Translations under genes and position numbers: made by a program
DNA from: an uncultured Pseudomonadales bacterium
GTDB lineage: Bacteria > Patescibacteriota > Microgenomatia > UBA1400 > PJMF01
NCBI GenBank assembly: GCA_964393205.1
Contig: CAYMSV010000003.1
Location: 98,608-162,607, forward strand
Length of the DNA: 64,000 nt
Direction of reading: 5' to 3'
The notes under the pieces: model-generated
Told to the model about the DNA's origin: nothing
Databases searched by the model: none
What the model saw: only the letters and a program-made list of their open reading frames with translations
Part shown: in pieces, positions 45,426 through 54,327 of the stretch
How positions within the stretch are numbered: position 1 is the stretch's first letter
How the letters are laid out: each line of letters opens with the position of its first letter

Positions 45426-46556
45426 ATGACAAGAGCTCTTTATGCCCTTTCTGGTGACCCAATTACTCACGGCCATTTGGACATTATCCAGCGTGCCGCC
45501 AAAGCCTTTGATCAATTGGTTGTGGCAATAGGCATTAACCCTCTTAAAGACTACCTTTTTAGTTTAAAAGAACGTGAAGAAATGGCGCGACGTAGTCTAG
45601 TTAATTTTAGCAACGTTAAAGTAAGTTCTTTTACAGGCTTGTTGGTTGACTTTGCTTATGAAAACAATATTGATGTCATTATTAAGGGTGTTAGAAGCAA
45701 TCAAGATTTTGCATATGAACACAACCTGCATTTAATGAGTGAAAGTCAACGACTAGGAATTGATACTTTTTTGTTATTTACTAAACCAGAATTAGCTCAT
45801 ATCAGTTCTAGTGCTGTTAAAGAAATTCAAAATGATCAGGGTCTAATTCAAGACTATGTTAGTCCCTATGTAAAACAGTGTTTAGAAGAAAAATTATCTG
45901 GTCAATATATTATTGGTTTAACGGGAGAAATTGGTTCTGGTAAGAGTTATGTGGGTGAAGCCTTAGTCGAACTGGCCAAAAAAGACAATGTGTCGTTTCA
46001 CAATTTAGAACTAGATATTTTAGCCCAACAAATACAACAGGACTTGAATGAGGAAAAGTATGCTCTTGTTCGAGAAGAAATTGTTGAAAATTTTGGCGAA
46101 GGTGTGAAGAGTAAAGATGGTAGCATTGATCGCAAGGCTTTGGGTGAAATTGTTTTTGCTGATGCTCAAAAACTGGCGAAATTGAATAGTATTATGCACA
46201 CTCCAATCTTAGTTAGATTGCGTAAAGAATTAAAAAATAAAAAAGGCTTAATTGTTTTAAATGCAGCACTTTTAGCAGAAACTAAAATGATGGATTTGAG
46301 TAATTACAATCTAATTTTATTAAATGTTGATGAGAAGATTCAAGAACAGCGTTTAATTGAGCGAGGACTCAACAAAGAACAAATTAAACGTCGCTTAGTT
46401 AGTCAATATGATTTCAAGAAAAAGAAGGAAATTATTGAAGAGGCTATTGCTCAAAATCAACATGGTAAGCTTTTTATTTTAGATAATTCTCAAGAAAATA
46501 ATGAAGCAGCAATCGCTAGTCTTTGGCAAGATCTTAAAAAATATTTTTCAATTTAG
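45426..46556 (+). CDS. coaD-coaE: Bifunctional phosphopantetheine adenylyltransferase / dephospho-CoA kinase (CoaD-CoaE fusion)
   Basis: N-terminus collinear with CoaD ('YALSGDPITHGHLDII', 'ISSSAVKEI'). From about aa 170 a DPCK P-loop 'IIGLTGEIGSGKS' and a CoaE-like remainder. Confidence 0.8.
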   Translation: MTRALYALSGDPITHGHLDIIQRAAKAFDQLVVAIGINPLKDYLFSLKEREEMARRSLVNFSNVKVSSFTGLLVDFAYENNIDVIIKGVRSNQDFAYEHNLHLMSESQRLGIDTFLLFTKPELAHISSSAVKEIQNDQGLIQDYVSPYVKQCLEEKLSGQYIIGLTGEIGSGKSYVGEALVELAKKDNVSFHNLELDILAQQIQQDLNEEKYALVREEIVENFGEGVKSKDGSIDRKALGEIVFADAQKLAKLNSIMHTPILVRLRKELKNKKGLIVLNAALLAETKMMDLSNYNLILLNVDEKIQEQRLIERGLNKEQIKRRLVSQYDFKKKKEIIEEAIAQNQHGKLFILDNSQENNEAAIASLWQDLKKYFSI

Positions 46557-46557
46557 T

Positions 46558-47325
46558 TTAAAATTTTAGTTCGATAGAAATTGGACAGTGATCTGAACCG
46601 GTGACTTGATCATGAATGCTAGCTGCTTTCAAATTGTTTTTTAAGTTTTCACTAAGAAAAAAATAGTCAATCCTCCAGCCTACATTGCGCTCTCTAGCAG
46701 CACTTCTCAGACTCCACCAAGTATAAGCATCTTTTTTATTGGGGTAAAAGTGTCGATAACTATCAATAAAGCCTAAATCTAATAGTTGATCAATCCATTC
46801 TCTTTCTTCTTTTAAAAAACCAGAAATTTTTTCATTAGCTTTTGGTCTAGCCAGATCAATTTCTTTATGTGCAGTATTAACGTCACCAGCAATAATGATG
46901 TTTTTTTCTTCTTTTTTTAAATTTTTTAAATAATCTAGTAAAAAAGAATAATAGTTCATTTTGTAAGCTAGACGTTCTTTACTAGCCTTACCGTTTGGAA
47001 AATAGATATTAAATAAAACGAAATTAGGATAATAACTAATGATGGTTCGTCCTTCTTGATCAAAACGCTTTTCCCCCAAACCAATTTGAACTTTTTTTGG
47101 CTGAATTTTAGAATAGGTGGCTGTGCCACTATAACCGGGCTTTTGAGCACTAGCAAAAGAGACTTGATAGTCATTTGCTTGAGTCAATTCAAATCCTAAT
47201 TGACTTGGTTTGGCTTTTGTTTCTTGCAAACACAAAACATCTGGTTGAACTTGTTTTAACCAATCTAAAAAACCTTTTCTTGCTATTGCCCTAATGCCAT
47301 TCACGTTCCAAGAATAAATTGTCAT
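46558..47325 (-). CDS. xth: Exodeoxyribonuclease III
   Basis: 'IYSWNVNGIRA', 'LCLQETK', C-terminal 'SDHCPISIEL'. Confidence 0.9.
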   Translation of the reverse strand: MTIYSWNVNGIRAIARKGFLDWLKQVQPDVLCLQETKAKPSQLGFELTQANDYQVSFASAQKPGYSGTATYSKIQPKKVQIGLGEKRFDQEGRTIISYYPNFVLFNIYFPNGKASKERLAYKMNYYSFLLDYLKNLKKEEKNIIIAGDVNTAHKEIDLARPKANEKISGFLKEEREWIDQLLDLGFIDSYRHFYPNKKDAYTWWSLRSAARERNVGWRIDYFFLSENLKNNLKAASIHDQVTGSDHCPISIELKF

Positions 47326-47372
47326 AGTGCTTTATTATAGCGAATTTTTATCTGATAGTTTATGATAATTGA

Positions 47373-48338
47373 GTGTCAGTTTATTTTAACAATCTAGATC
47401 GGGCTATATTTTTTACTCTTACTTATAGTGATTATTTTAATTTTCCTTTAACCGAAGTAGAAATTAACGATCGTTTACCAAAAGTTTGGGATTGGCAATT
47501 TTTTACTGGACAAAAATTGAGTAGTAGTGAATTGAAAATTGATAGAGATAAAACAGAAATAGGAAACAGTTTAGAAAAACTGTTAAAAGCTAAAAAAATA
47601 AAAAAACTAAAAATAGATGGGATTGAATATTATTTTTTGAAAAATCGTCAGAAGCTTGTAGAGTTAAGACTTGCTAAAAAACAAATAGCAAAGAAAAGAG
47701 AGGTGGTGATTAAAGATTTTCTTAATTTAGTGAGCTTTTTGCCTAGTATTAAAGCTGTCATTCTCACAGGATCTAGTGCCGTAGATAACGCTGAGATAAA
47801 TGATGATTTAGATTTTTGTTTAATTACAAGAAAAAACACTCTTTGGATAATGCGTTTTGTTTTAATTTTTATGGCAAAAGTATTGGGTAAAAGGCCACAG
47901 ATAGATGCTCAATCAAAATCTGATAGTAAACAAGCTTGGTGTTTTAATTTATGGTTAGATGAAAGTAGTTTGGAAATTATTGATAGAAACTTCTCTATAT
48001 ATCAAGCTTATGAGGTAAAACAGATGCGTTGGCTGACTGCTAAGAAAAATTTAAAAGCTCTTTTTTTGTTTGAAAATAAGCAGCTTGGTGAGTTGCTTAA
48101 GTTAAATTTAGATAAAATGGATTTTAAAAAACAAAAAAATAGTTTTTTAGATTATTTTTTTTGGCCAATTAATTTATTTTTTTATTTTTTTCAAAATGCT
48201 TATCGCCACTTATTTTTTGGCAAAGAAAATTATTTTTTAAGTCCTTATCAAGCTCATTTCAACGAGGCCAATCGCCAAGAGGATATTTTTTTGGCAATTA
48301 AAAAAAAGATGAAAGAAAATGGCCTCTTTACTCTTTAA
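47373..48338 (+). CDS. Nucleotidyltransferase-fold (Pol-beta superfamily) protein, function unknown
   Basis: 'ILTGSSAVDNAEINDDLDFCLI' fits the hG[GS]x9-13 Dx[DE] NTase signature. About 130 aa lie before the motif and 170 aa after it. No partner domain recognised. Confidence 0.4.
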   Translation: MSVYFNNLDRAIFFTLTYSDYFNFPLTEVEINDRLPKVWDWQFFTGQKLSSSELKIDRDKTEIGNSLEKLLKAKKIKKLKIDGIEYYFLKNRQKLVELRLAKKQIAKKREVVIKDFLNLVSFLPSIKAVILTGSSAVDNAEINDDLDFCLITRKNTLWIMRFVLIFMAKVLGKRPQIDAQSKSDSKQAWCFNLWLDESSLEIIDRNFSIYQAYEVKQMRWLTAKKNLKALFLFENKQLGELLKLNLDKMDFKKQKNSFLDYFFWPINLFFYFFQNAYRHLFFGKENYFLSPYQAHFNEANRQEDIFLAIKKKMKENGLFTL

Positions 48339-49227
48339 TTTTTTTTCTTGGTACTGGGGTTGTCGGCCACAATTACTTCTATTTTTTCTAAGGATTATTA
48401 TTTTCTTAATTTTTTTGCTTTTTTTATGCGTTTTTTTTAATATTTTTGAATCTTTGTGTTGGCAGAAAAAAATCAAAAAGTTGTTTGAGAGACAAGAAAA
48501 AATTTTAAAGAAAATGTTGCCCTTAATTGATTTAGGTAAAATAACTTTATTTTCAATAAACACTTTAAAAAACCCATTAACTATCTTGCGTATAATCTTA
48601 GATAAATTTAAAGACCCAGACCTTATCAAGGATGATAAAAAATTTAAAAAGTATTTGTTTGAAGCAGATTCTGTTCTTTTAAAGATTGTTCAAAATTCTG
48701 ATTTGTTAAAAGGACAATTATGTCAGGAAGAAGATAAAAGATTATTTAATTTGAGAGAGGAAATTCAATCATTATTAATAATTTATGAAGAGTTTAGCAT
48801 TAAACATAAAATTAAAATTAAACTTTCTACCGATAAGGAGTATAGGATTTATGCTGACTGCTGTCACCTAATGAGAGCGCTTAATATTTTATTATTAAAC
48901 GCTATTGAAGCTCTAAGCATTAGTAATAATAAAAGAAAATTATTAACCATAACTTTCGAAAAAAGCGCATATTTTTTAAAAATTAAAATTGAAGACAATG
49001 CTGGAGGAATTAGACCTCAACTGTTTAATAATTTGTTTACAGCAAATTGTTTTAAGAAATATAGCGACAAGGGTTTGGGCCTGGGTCTGTATTTTGCCAA
49101 TGAGATTATGAAAAAATATTTTCAGAAAAAAATTCAGATTAAAAATTACAAAAATAGGGGAATAGTTGTAGCTTTAGTTATTAAGAATACCTTTATCTTA
49201 GCGGAATCACAATTAAAGAACAAATAA
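48319..49227 (+). CDS. Histidine-kinase-like protein (HATPase_c) whose phospho-acceptor His appears replaced by Asn
   Basis: N-terminal TM; an H-box-like helix 'ITLFSINTLKNPLTIL' (typical consensus 'SHELRTPLT') with no His; N box 'LLLNAIEAL'; G1 'DNAGGI'; G2 'GLGLGLYFA'. The true start may be an internal Met. Confidence 0.6.
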   Translation: MASLLFNFFSWYWGCRPQLLLFFLRIIIFLIFLLFLCVFFNIFESLCWQKKIKKLFERQEKILKKMLPLIDLGKITLFSINTLKNPLTILRIILDKFKDPDLIKDDKKFKKYLFEADSVLLKIVQNSDLLKGQLCQEEDKRLFNLREEIQSLLIIYEEFSIKHKIKIKLSTDKEYRIYADCCHLMRALNILLLNAIEALSISNNKRKLLTITFEKSAYFLKIKIEDNAGGIRPQLFNNLFTANCFKKYSDKGLGLGLYFANEIMKKYFQKKIQIKNYKNRGIVVALVIKNTFILAESQLKNK

Positions 49228-49241
49228 ATTATTAGATTTTG

Positions 49242-49312
49242 ATCCCGGGCCAGGATTCGAACCTGGAATAATTGATTCAGAGTCAATGGTGATGCCATTT
49301 CACTACCCGGGA
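49242..49312 (-). tRNA. tRNA-Gln (anticodon CTG)
   Basis: Reverse complement folds with acceptor UCCCGGG/CCCGGGA (U1-A72, as in bacterial tRNA-Gln), anticodon stem-loop ATTGA-CTCTGAA-TCAAT, T-arm CAGGTTCGAATCCTG. Confidence 0.75.
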
Positions 49313-49407
49313 GTTTTTGTTAAATGTTTAGTCAAATTTTAAGTTAATTTTAACTCTCTTTGTTAAACTAAACCTGAATATTATATAACAGAAGCCAATC
49401 AAAAGAG

Positions 49408-50094
49408 ATGTTTAAAATTTTACTTTTAGAAGACGATTTAAGTTTTCTTAAAACACTTAAAGAGCTTTTAAATAAAGCTAATTATCAAGTAGATATTGCT
49501 AGAGAACTTTCTAGGGCAGAAGAGTTGGTTTATGAGCAAGAATATGATTTGTTAATTTTTGATCGATTAATTGCTGATGAAGATAGTCTAAATTTTCTTG
49601 AAGAATTGAGGGCTAAACAATATTTTATGAGAGTTTTATTAATTAGTCATAAAAAATTATTATTAGATCGAATTTTAGCTTTGAAAGTGGCAGATGATTT
49701 TTTAGCCAAGCCCTTTGCTAGTAAAGAACTCTTACTTAAAGTTAAAAATTTGTTATCTAGGTCAAGAGTTAAACTTAAAGACCAATATGTCTGTTCTCAA
49801 TTTTTTTTGAGTGACTCTGGTTTATTGACAAGTATTGATGGTGAGGAAAGCTTTTATTTGCCCAAAAAAGAGAGAAGAATACTTGAATGCTTGCTTCTTC
49901 ATCAAAATCAAGCAGTTAGCTATCAGACACTAATCAATTATGTTTGGCCTAGAACAGATGATTTACCGCAACAACGAACCCTCAATGTTTATGTTAGAAG
50001 AATTAGATTAAAAATTGGTCGATTTAGTCAGTATTTAAAAACTATCAGAGATTATGGTTTCATTTTAGATTGTGGTAAAAAGGAATTTGAATAA
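49408..50094 (+). CDS. OmpR-family response regulator
   Basis: Receiver domain ('LLLEDD', 'LLIFD', 'LAKP') plus a C-terminal winged-helix trans_reg_C. Confidence 0.85.
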   Translation: MFKILLLEDDLSFLKTLKELLNKANYQVDIARELSRAEELVYEQEYDLLIFDRLIADEDSLNFLEELRAKQYFMRVLLISHKKLLLDRILALKVADDFLAKPFASKELLLKVKNLLSRSRVKLKDQYVCSQFFLSDSGLLTSIDGEESFYLPKKERRILECLLLHQNQAVSYQTLINYVWPRTDDLPQQRTLNVYVRRIRLKIGRFSQYLKTIRDYGFILDCGKKEFE

Positions 50095-50701
50095 GAGCCG
50101 TTGATCCCTGATTTTTTTTACTAATTAGTTTTATTTTTCCACCAAAGCTATTTTTAATGATTTTTTTAGCATAAAACAGGCCTACACCCTGATGATTGTC
50201 CTTAAGAGAATAGAATTTTTTACCAACTAGCTTTTGTTGAAGCCAAGTCATTCCTTTTCCTCCATCGGCTACAGCAATTTCTAAAAAATCATTTTTAATT
50301 TGACTTTTGATTAAGACAATTTTGTTAAATTTTTTTAACTGATAAGCCTCAACAGCATTGTTTAATAAACAATTGATTATTTCTTGGAAGAGTAATTTAT
50401 TGCCGTTCAATTTAAAACCTTCTGTCTGTTTTAATTGCTTGGCATAAGCAACTTCTTGATGAAAACATTGGTTGAGTAAAACAATTTCTACTAAAGCATC
50501 ATTAATTAAAAATAATTTCTTTTCTTCCTGATCGCTGCTATCAAGAAGGTTTTTAATATAATTAGCGCTGAGCAAAATCTTTTTTAAATTATGGTTTTTA
50601 TTTTTTTCTTCACTCAGAGCTAACTGACTGTTTAAAAGAATGTTTGACAGCGGAGTACTAGCTGCATGTTTAAAAAAATCAAAATAAGAGAAGTGACTCA
50701 T
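50060..50701 (-). CDS. Small cytoplasmic histidine kinase (HisKA-like H-box plus HATPase_c), no sensor domain
   Basis: 'FKHAASTPLSNI' H-box, 'LLNNAVEA' N-box, 'VADGGKGM', 'GVGLFYAKKII'; no TM. Its 3' end overlaps the RR gene convergently. Confidence 0.65.
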   Translation of the reverse strand: MSHFSYFDFFKHAASTPLSNILLNSQLALSEEKNKNHNLKKILLSANYIKNLLDSSDQEEKKLFLINDALVEIVLLNQCFHQEVAYAKQLKQTEGFKLNGNKLLFQEIINCLLNNAVEAYQLKKFNKIVLIKSQIKNDFLEIAVADGGKGMTWLQQKLVGKKFYSLKDNHQGVGLFYAKKIIKNSFGGKIKLISKKNQGSTALIQIPFYHNLK

Positions 50702-50781
50702 AAAGGAGCTCCTTTCTAAATAAAATAATAAAAATCAGTTTAATGGAGAAATATAAAATTAATTTAAAATTTTATCTTAGA

Positions 50782-52311
50782 TTAGTTGTTTTTAACTAAA
50801 TCACTAATCTCCCAAATTTCTAAACAAGGTGCGTCGTTAGGACGACAATATTCTGTAACTAGTTTGTCCTCATCCAATTGAATATTAAAGCGATGAGAGT
50901 TAACTACCAACCAAACTAAATCATAATTTTTAGCTTTTTCTACAAAATCATCAGGAATAGAGCTAATTGGTTGACCAATGCCTTCAATCATTAAATTGTC
51001 AACATTGCGACGATGTAAGTACATTAAAATTCCATCAGGTAAAGTGCCAAAATAACCTTCTGTAGCAACTGCTAGACGCTGATTTTGACTTTTTTCAAGC
51101 ATTAATTGAGTAGTTTCTAAAATTCCATGTCCACTTGACCACTCCTCTAAATATTGAACCCTATCAGCCTTGGTGAAGGGAATTTGATCAGGATTGAAAT
51201 AGCTAGGAATAATAAAATTAGCACTTTTAATTATTATAAAAACTAGAAGTGAGAGGGCGGCTAGTTTTTTAATAAGATTTTTTTGTAAAATTAAAATACT
51301 TAAGCTTAGACTAGCAGAAACGATGATAAAAATACTGGCTGGTAACAAATAACGAGGGTAAACAACCCTGCCCAAAGCAGCTAGGGGTAAAAGAAATACT
51401 AAGAAGGCCAAACAAAGATTGAATTGTTCTTTTCTAATTTTTCTAGAAAATAATGGTAAGGCTAAAATAAATAGAGGCAAACCCAAGTATTTTAAAAATT
51501 GTTGGCTAAAGAAAGTCAAATTATTTTTAATAATACTAAAAACTTCTGTTTCCCACAAAATTGTGAAAGGATGAAGAAAATCTCCACCCCTACTAAATAA
51601 TTGAGGAAAAACTGGTACAAAGCGAAAGAGATAAAAAAATAAGAAAGCAACAATTAGAGCAAAGCTTAAGTGAATGACACTTTTTAATAAAGTTAATAAA
51701 CGAATTTCTTTTTTTTGGAAGATAAGAACTAATATGCTAGGAATAAAAAGCAAGGCACTGAGTTTACTTAAAAGTGCCATCAAAAATTTAAAAACCAATA
51801 ACATTAACCAGTAAATTTTTTCAGATTTAATTAATTTAAGCGCTGCCAAAAAACTCAAAGCCAAATTGAAAAACAATAAACCATCGGTTAGGGCCATGCG
51901 ATTATGAAAAAAGGTAAAAGGTAAAATGGTAGTTAAAAACATTGCCAAATATTGAGCCAAGTGTTTGTTTTTTTCTCGATCATTAATTAAGTTTCTGGTA
52001 ATTTCACCCATGATCAAAATGCTACCCGCTCCAAGCAATACTGATAAAAATCTTCCAGCATATAGTTGGTTGTTGAAAATAAACTGAAAGGGTAACATCA
52101 ACCACATTTGTAAAGGAGTTTTGCCGTCATTCATTGGAAAAAATAAATAACGTCGCCAATCATCAATAATTAATTGAGTCCAGCGAATATAAATTGCTTC
52201 GTCTGCAAAAACTGGCAATTTGTTTAGTTTAAATAAAGTTAATAAAAAATAAAAAAGCAATAAAGAAAGAACAATTAGGCGATGATGTTTTTTGCTTATT
52301 GTTTTTTGCAT
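50782..52311 (-). CDS. GT-C-fold glycosyltransferase, ArnT/PMT-like (family 39/83 type)
   Basis: About 12 TM helices; N-terminal loop 'LPVFADEAIYIRW…GKTPL' resembles the DE-containing first extracytoplasmic loop of ArnT/PMT. Confidence 0.6.
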   Translation of the reverse strand: MQKTISKKHHRLIVLSLLLFYFLLTLFKLNKLPVFADEAIYIRWTQLIIDDWRRYLFFPMNDGKTPLQMWLMLPFQFIFNNQLYAGRFLSVLLGAGSILIMGEITRNLINDREKNKHLAQYLAMFLTTILPFTFFHNRMALTDGLLFFNLALSFLAALKLIKSEKIYWLMLLVFKFLMALLSKLSALLFIPSILVLIFQKKEIRLLTLLKSVIHLSFALIVAFLFFYLFRFVPVFPQLFSRGGDFLHPFTILWETEVFSIIKNNLTFFSQQFLKYLGLPLFILALPLFSRKIRKEQFNLCLAFLVFLLPLAALGRVVYPRYLLPASIFIIVSASLSLSILILQKNLIKKLAALSLLVFIIIKSANFIIPSYFNPDQIPFTKADRVQYLEEWSSGHGILETTQLMLEKSQNQRLAVATEGYFGTLPDGILMYLHRRNVDNLMIEGIGQPISSIPDDFVEKAKNYDLVWLVVNSHRFNIQLDEDKLVTEYCRPNDAPCLEIWEISDLVKNN

Positions 52312-53597
52312 TTTTTAAACAGAGCCCTTAGTAATAAAAGTAGATTATAAACAAATATTGGTAACCATAATAGAGTTTGTTTTAAAACTAGTAAGTTAGG
52401 AATTTTTTGATCAAAAGTTAACCATGGTAAATAAATCATCCATGGTACATAACTTAATAAAGCAGTAAATGAAAAAAGCAACAAATTGTTCTTCCACCAT
52501 TTATTTTTAAGTAAAGGTAAAAAAGCCATTGGCCAGATTAAATACCAAGTTAAAAAACGCTGAGATCGGACAGTTAATAGTGGAAGGAAAAGTGCGAAGC
52601 TAGTAAGATCCCAAAAATATTGATTTATGAATTTTTTTAATTTGTTTAATAAATTATTTTTAAAAATATTTAATTTATTTAAATAATTTTCAATTAAATA
52701 ATAAATTAGAAAAGGTAAGGCAAGCAGACTAGCAAATTTGGTAAAGACTGAAAAGACCATTAACAAAATAATTATTAATAAACGCCAATATTTTTTTTCT
52801 TTTTCTTCTTTAAATTTTTTAGCAACTAAAAAACTAAGTAGAACTGGCCACATCATCCACCAATCATTATGAGCGTTAGATAAAGTTTCAATGAGAATGA
52901 GTGGGTTAAGAAAAAGCAAGGCTAATTTAAAATTTTTATCTTTGTTTTTATCTAATAATTTCCAAGAACAAAAGAAAGCAATTAACATTGCTAAAAATGA
53001 AAAAAATTTAAAGTTTAACCAAGTTAAAATAAATTTATTAAATCCTAAATAATAGGGAATTAGAGAGAGTAGCGTCCAGAGTTGTCCATATGGGGCTGTA
53101 GTATGGACGTTGTGCATAAAGCGAGACCAAGGATCATTGATAAAATTTAGTGCTGAAACCAAGTGAGGATTAGCTCCGTATTTAATGACGATTCTGGCAT
53201 TAAAAATATAGTTGAAAACATCGTGAGATAGGGCGTTGTAACTTAATAATAGAATTCCAAATAGTATTGCTAAATAAAAAATTATTTTTTTTTCAAAAAA
53301 TCCTAATTTTTTTGGCCAATTTTTTAATAAATAATAATAATTAATAAATAGACCAATGATTAAAAATAGATAAGTAGCAGTGCGCAGGAAAATATTAGGT
53401 GAAACTTTTTGCCATAAAAAGCTTTGCCAATGAGTAAACCAAGTGGTATTAATTAGAGTTAAATTAGGATCAGTAAAAACAAAAGAAAACAGAGTATAAA
53501 TAAAAAATAAAAAAATATAGCTAGCTAAGAAATAGAAAAACTTTTGCTGATTTTTATTGATTTTCATGATCGGGGTATTTGCCAGTCCAATCAGCAA
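52296..53597 (-). CDS. Polytopic membrane protein, possible GT-C-type transferase (DUF2029/GT87-like)
   Basis: More than 10 predicted TM helices, aromatic-rich; embedded between a GT2 and a GT-C gene with overlaps at both ends. No motif confidently recognised. Confidence 0.35.
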   Translation of the reverse strand: MLIGLANTPIMKINKNQQKFFYFLASYIFLFFIYTLFSFVFTDPNLTLINTTWFTHWQSFLWQKVSPNIFLRTATYLFLIIGLFINYYYLLKNWPKKLGFFEKKIIFYLAILFGILLLSYNALSHDVFNYIFNARIVIKYGANPHLVSALNFINDPWSRFMHNVHTTAPYGQLWTLLSLIPYYLGFNKFILTWLNFKFFSFLAMLIAFFCSWKLLDKNKDKNFKLALLFLNPLILIETLSNAHNDWWMMWPVLLSFLVAKKFKEEKEKKYWRLLIIILLMVFSVFTKFASLLALPFLIYYLIENYLNKLNIFKNNLLNKLKKFINQYFWDLTSFALFLPLLTVRSQRFLTWYLIWPMAFLPLLKNKWWKNNLLLFSFTALLSYVPWMIYLPWLTFDQKIPNLLVLKQTLLWLPIFVYNLLLLLRALFKKCKKQ

Positions 53598-54327
53598 GCT
53601 TAATGCGCATGATGTCTAAAAACATCAAAAAAGAGTCTTTAATGGGGTTAACGCGATTAGTAGCATAGTGCTTCCAGGCTACAGGAACTTCTCTAATTTT
53701 AAAGTTATATTTTTTAGCTAGATATAGTAATTCTACGTCAAAAGCTCCAGTAAAAGCATCGCGACGCTCTTTATTAGTAGCATAAACGTGTAGTTTGGGG
53801 AAAAGGGTGGTGGTAGCTGATTGCGAAAACAATTTAAAGCCACATTGGGTATCAAGCATGCCGGGTACAGCAAGAGTTTGCACTACTAGATTAAAAACTC
53901 TACCCATTAAATGTCGATAAAAAGGTTCTTTTTGTCTTTGAGCTCCAATTATTTCTCTGGAACCAAAAACTACTTGATAACGATCAGTATATTTAAATAA
54001 TTGTTCTATTTCTTTTAGGGGGGTTGATTGATCGAAGTCAGTGAACAGTCGCCATTCTCCTTGGGCAGCCATCATTCCTGACGCCACGGTAGGCCCTTTG
54101 CCTCGATGGGGATTAATTAAAACCCTAATTCTTTCATCTTTTTTAGCGAAATTTTCTAAGGCCTGATTTGTTCCATCGGTAGAACCATCATCACTTAGAA
54201 TTAACTCCCAAGTCTTTGGATATTTTTTTAAATAAGTTAAAACCTCTTCCAACACTCCTCTTTTAATATTTTTCATTTCGTTGTAAGAAGGTAAGACCAC
54301 TGAGAGGTAGATTGACATATTACTCAT
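53554..54327 (-). CDS. Polyprenyl-phosphate sugar synthase (GT2; DPM1/GtrB/ArnC-like)
   Basis: 'VVLPSYNE', 'SDDGSTDGT', 'TDFDQS' (DxD), 'QCGFK'. Confidence 0.8.
   Translation of the reverse strand: MSNMSIYLSVVLPSYNEMKNIKRGVLEEVLTYLKKYPKTWELILSDDGSTDGTNQALENFAKKDERIRVLINPHRGKGPTVASGMMAAQGEWRLFTDFDQSTPLKEIEQLFKYTDRYQVVFGSREIIGAQRQKEPFYRHLMGRVFNLVVQTLAVPGMLDTQCGFKLFSQSATTTLFPKLHVYATNKERRDAFTGAFDVELLYLAKKYNFKIREVPVAWKHYATNRVNPIKDSFLMFLDIMRIKLADWTGKYPDHENQ

Noticed and set aside
48237-48629. Minus-strand 130-aa ORF spanning the NTase/HK junction
   Set aside because: Antisense to two supported genes. The Lys/Ile-rich low-complexity translation is typical of AT-rich antisense frames.
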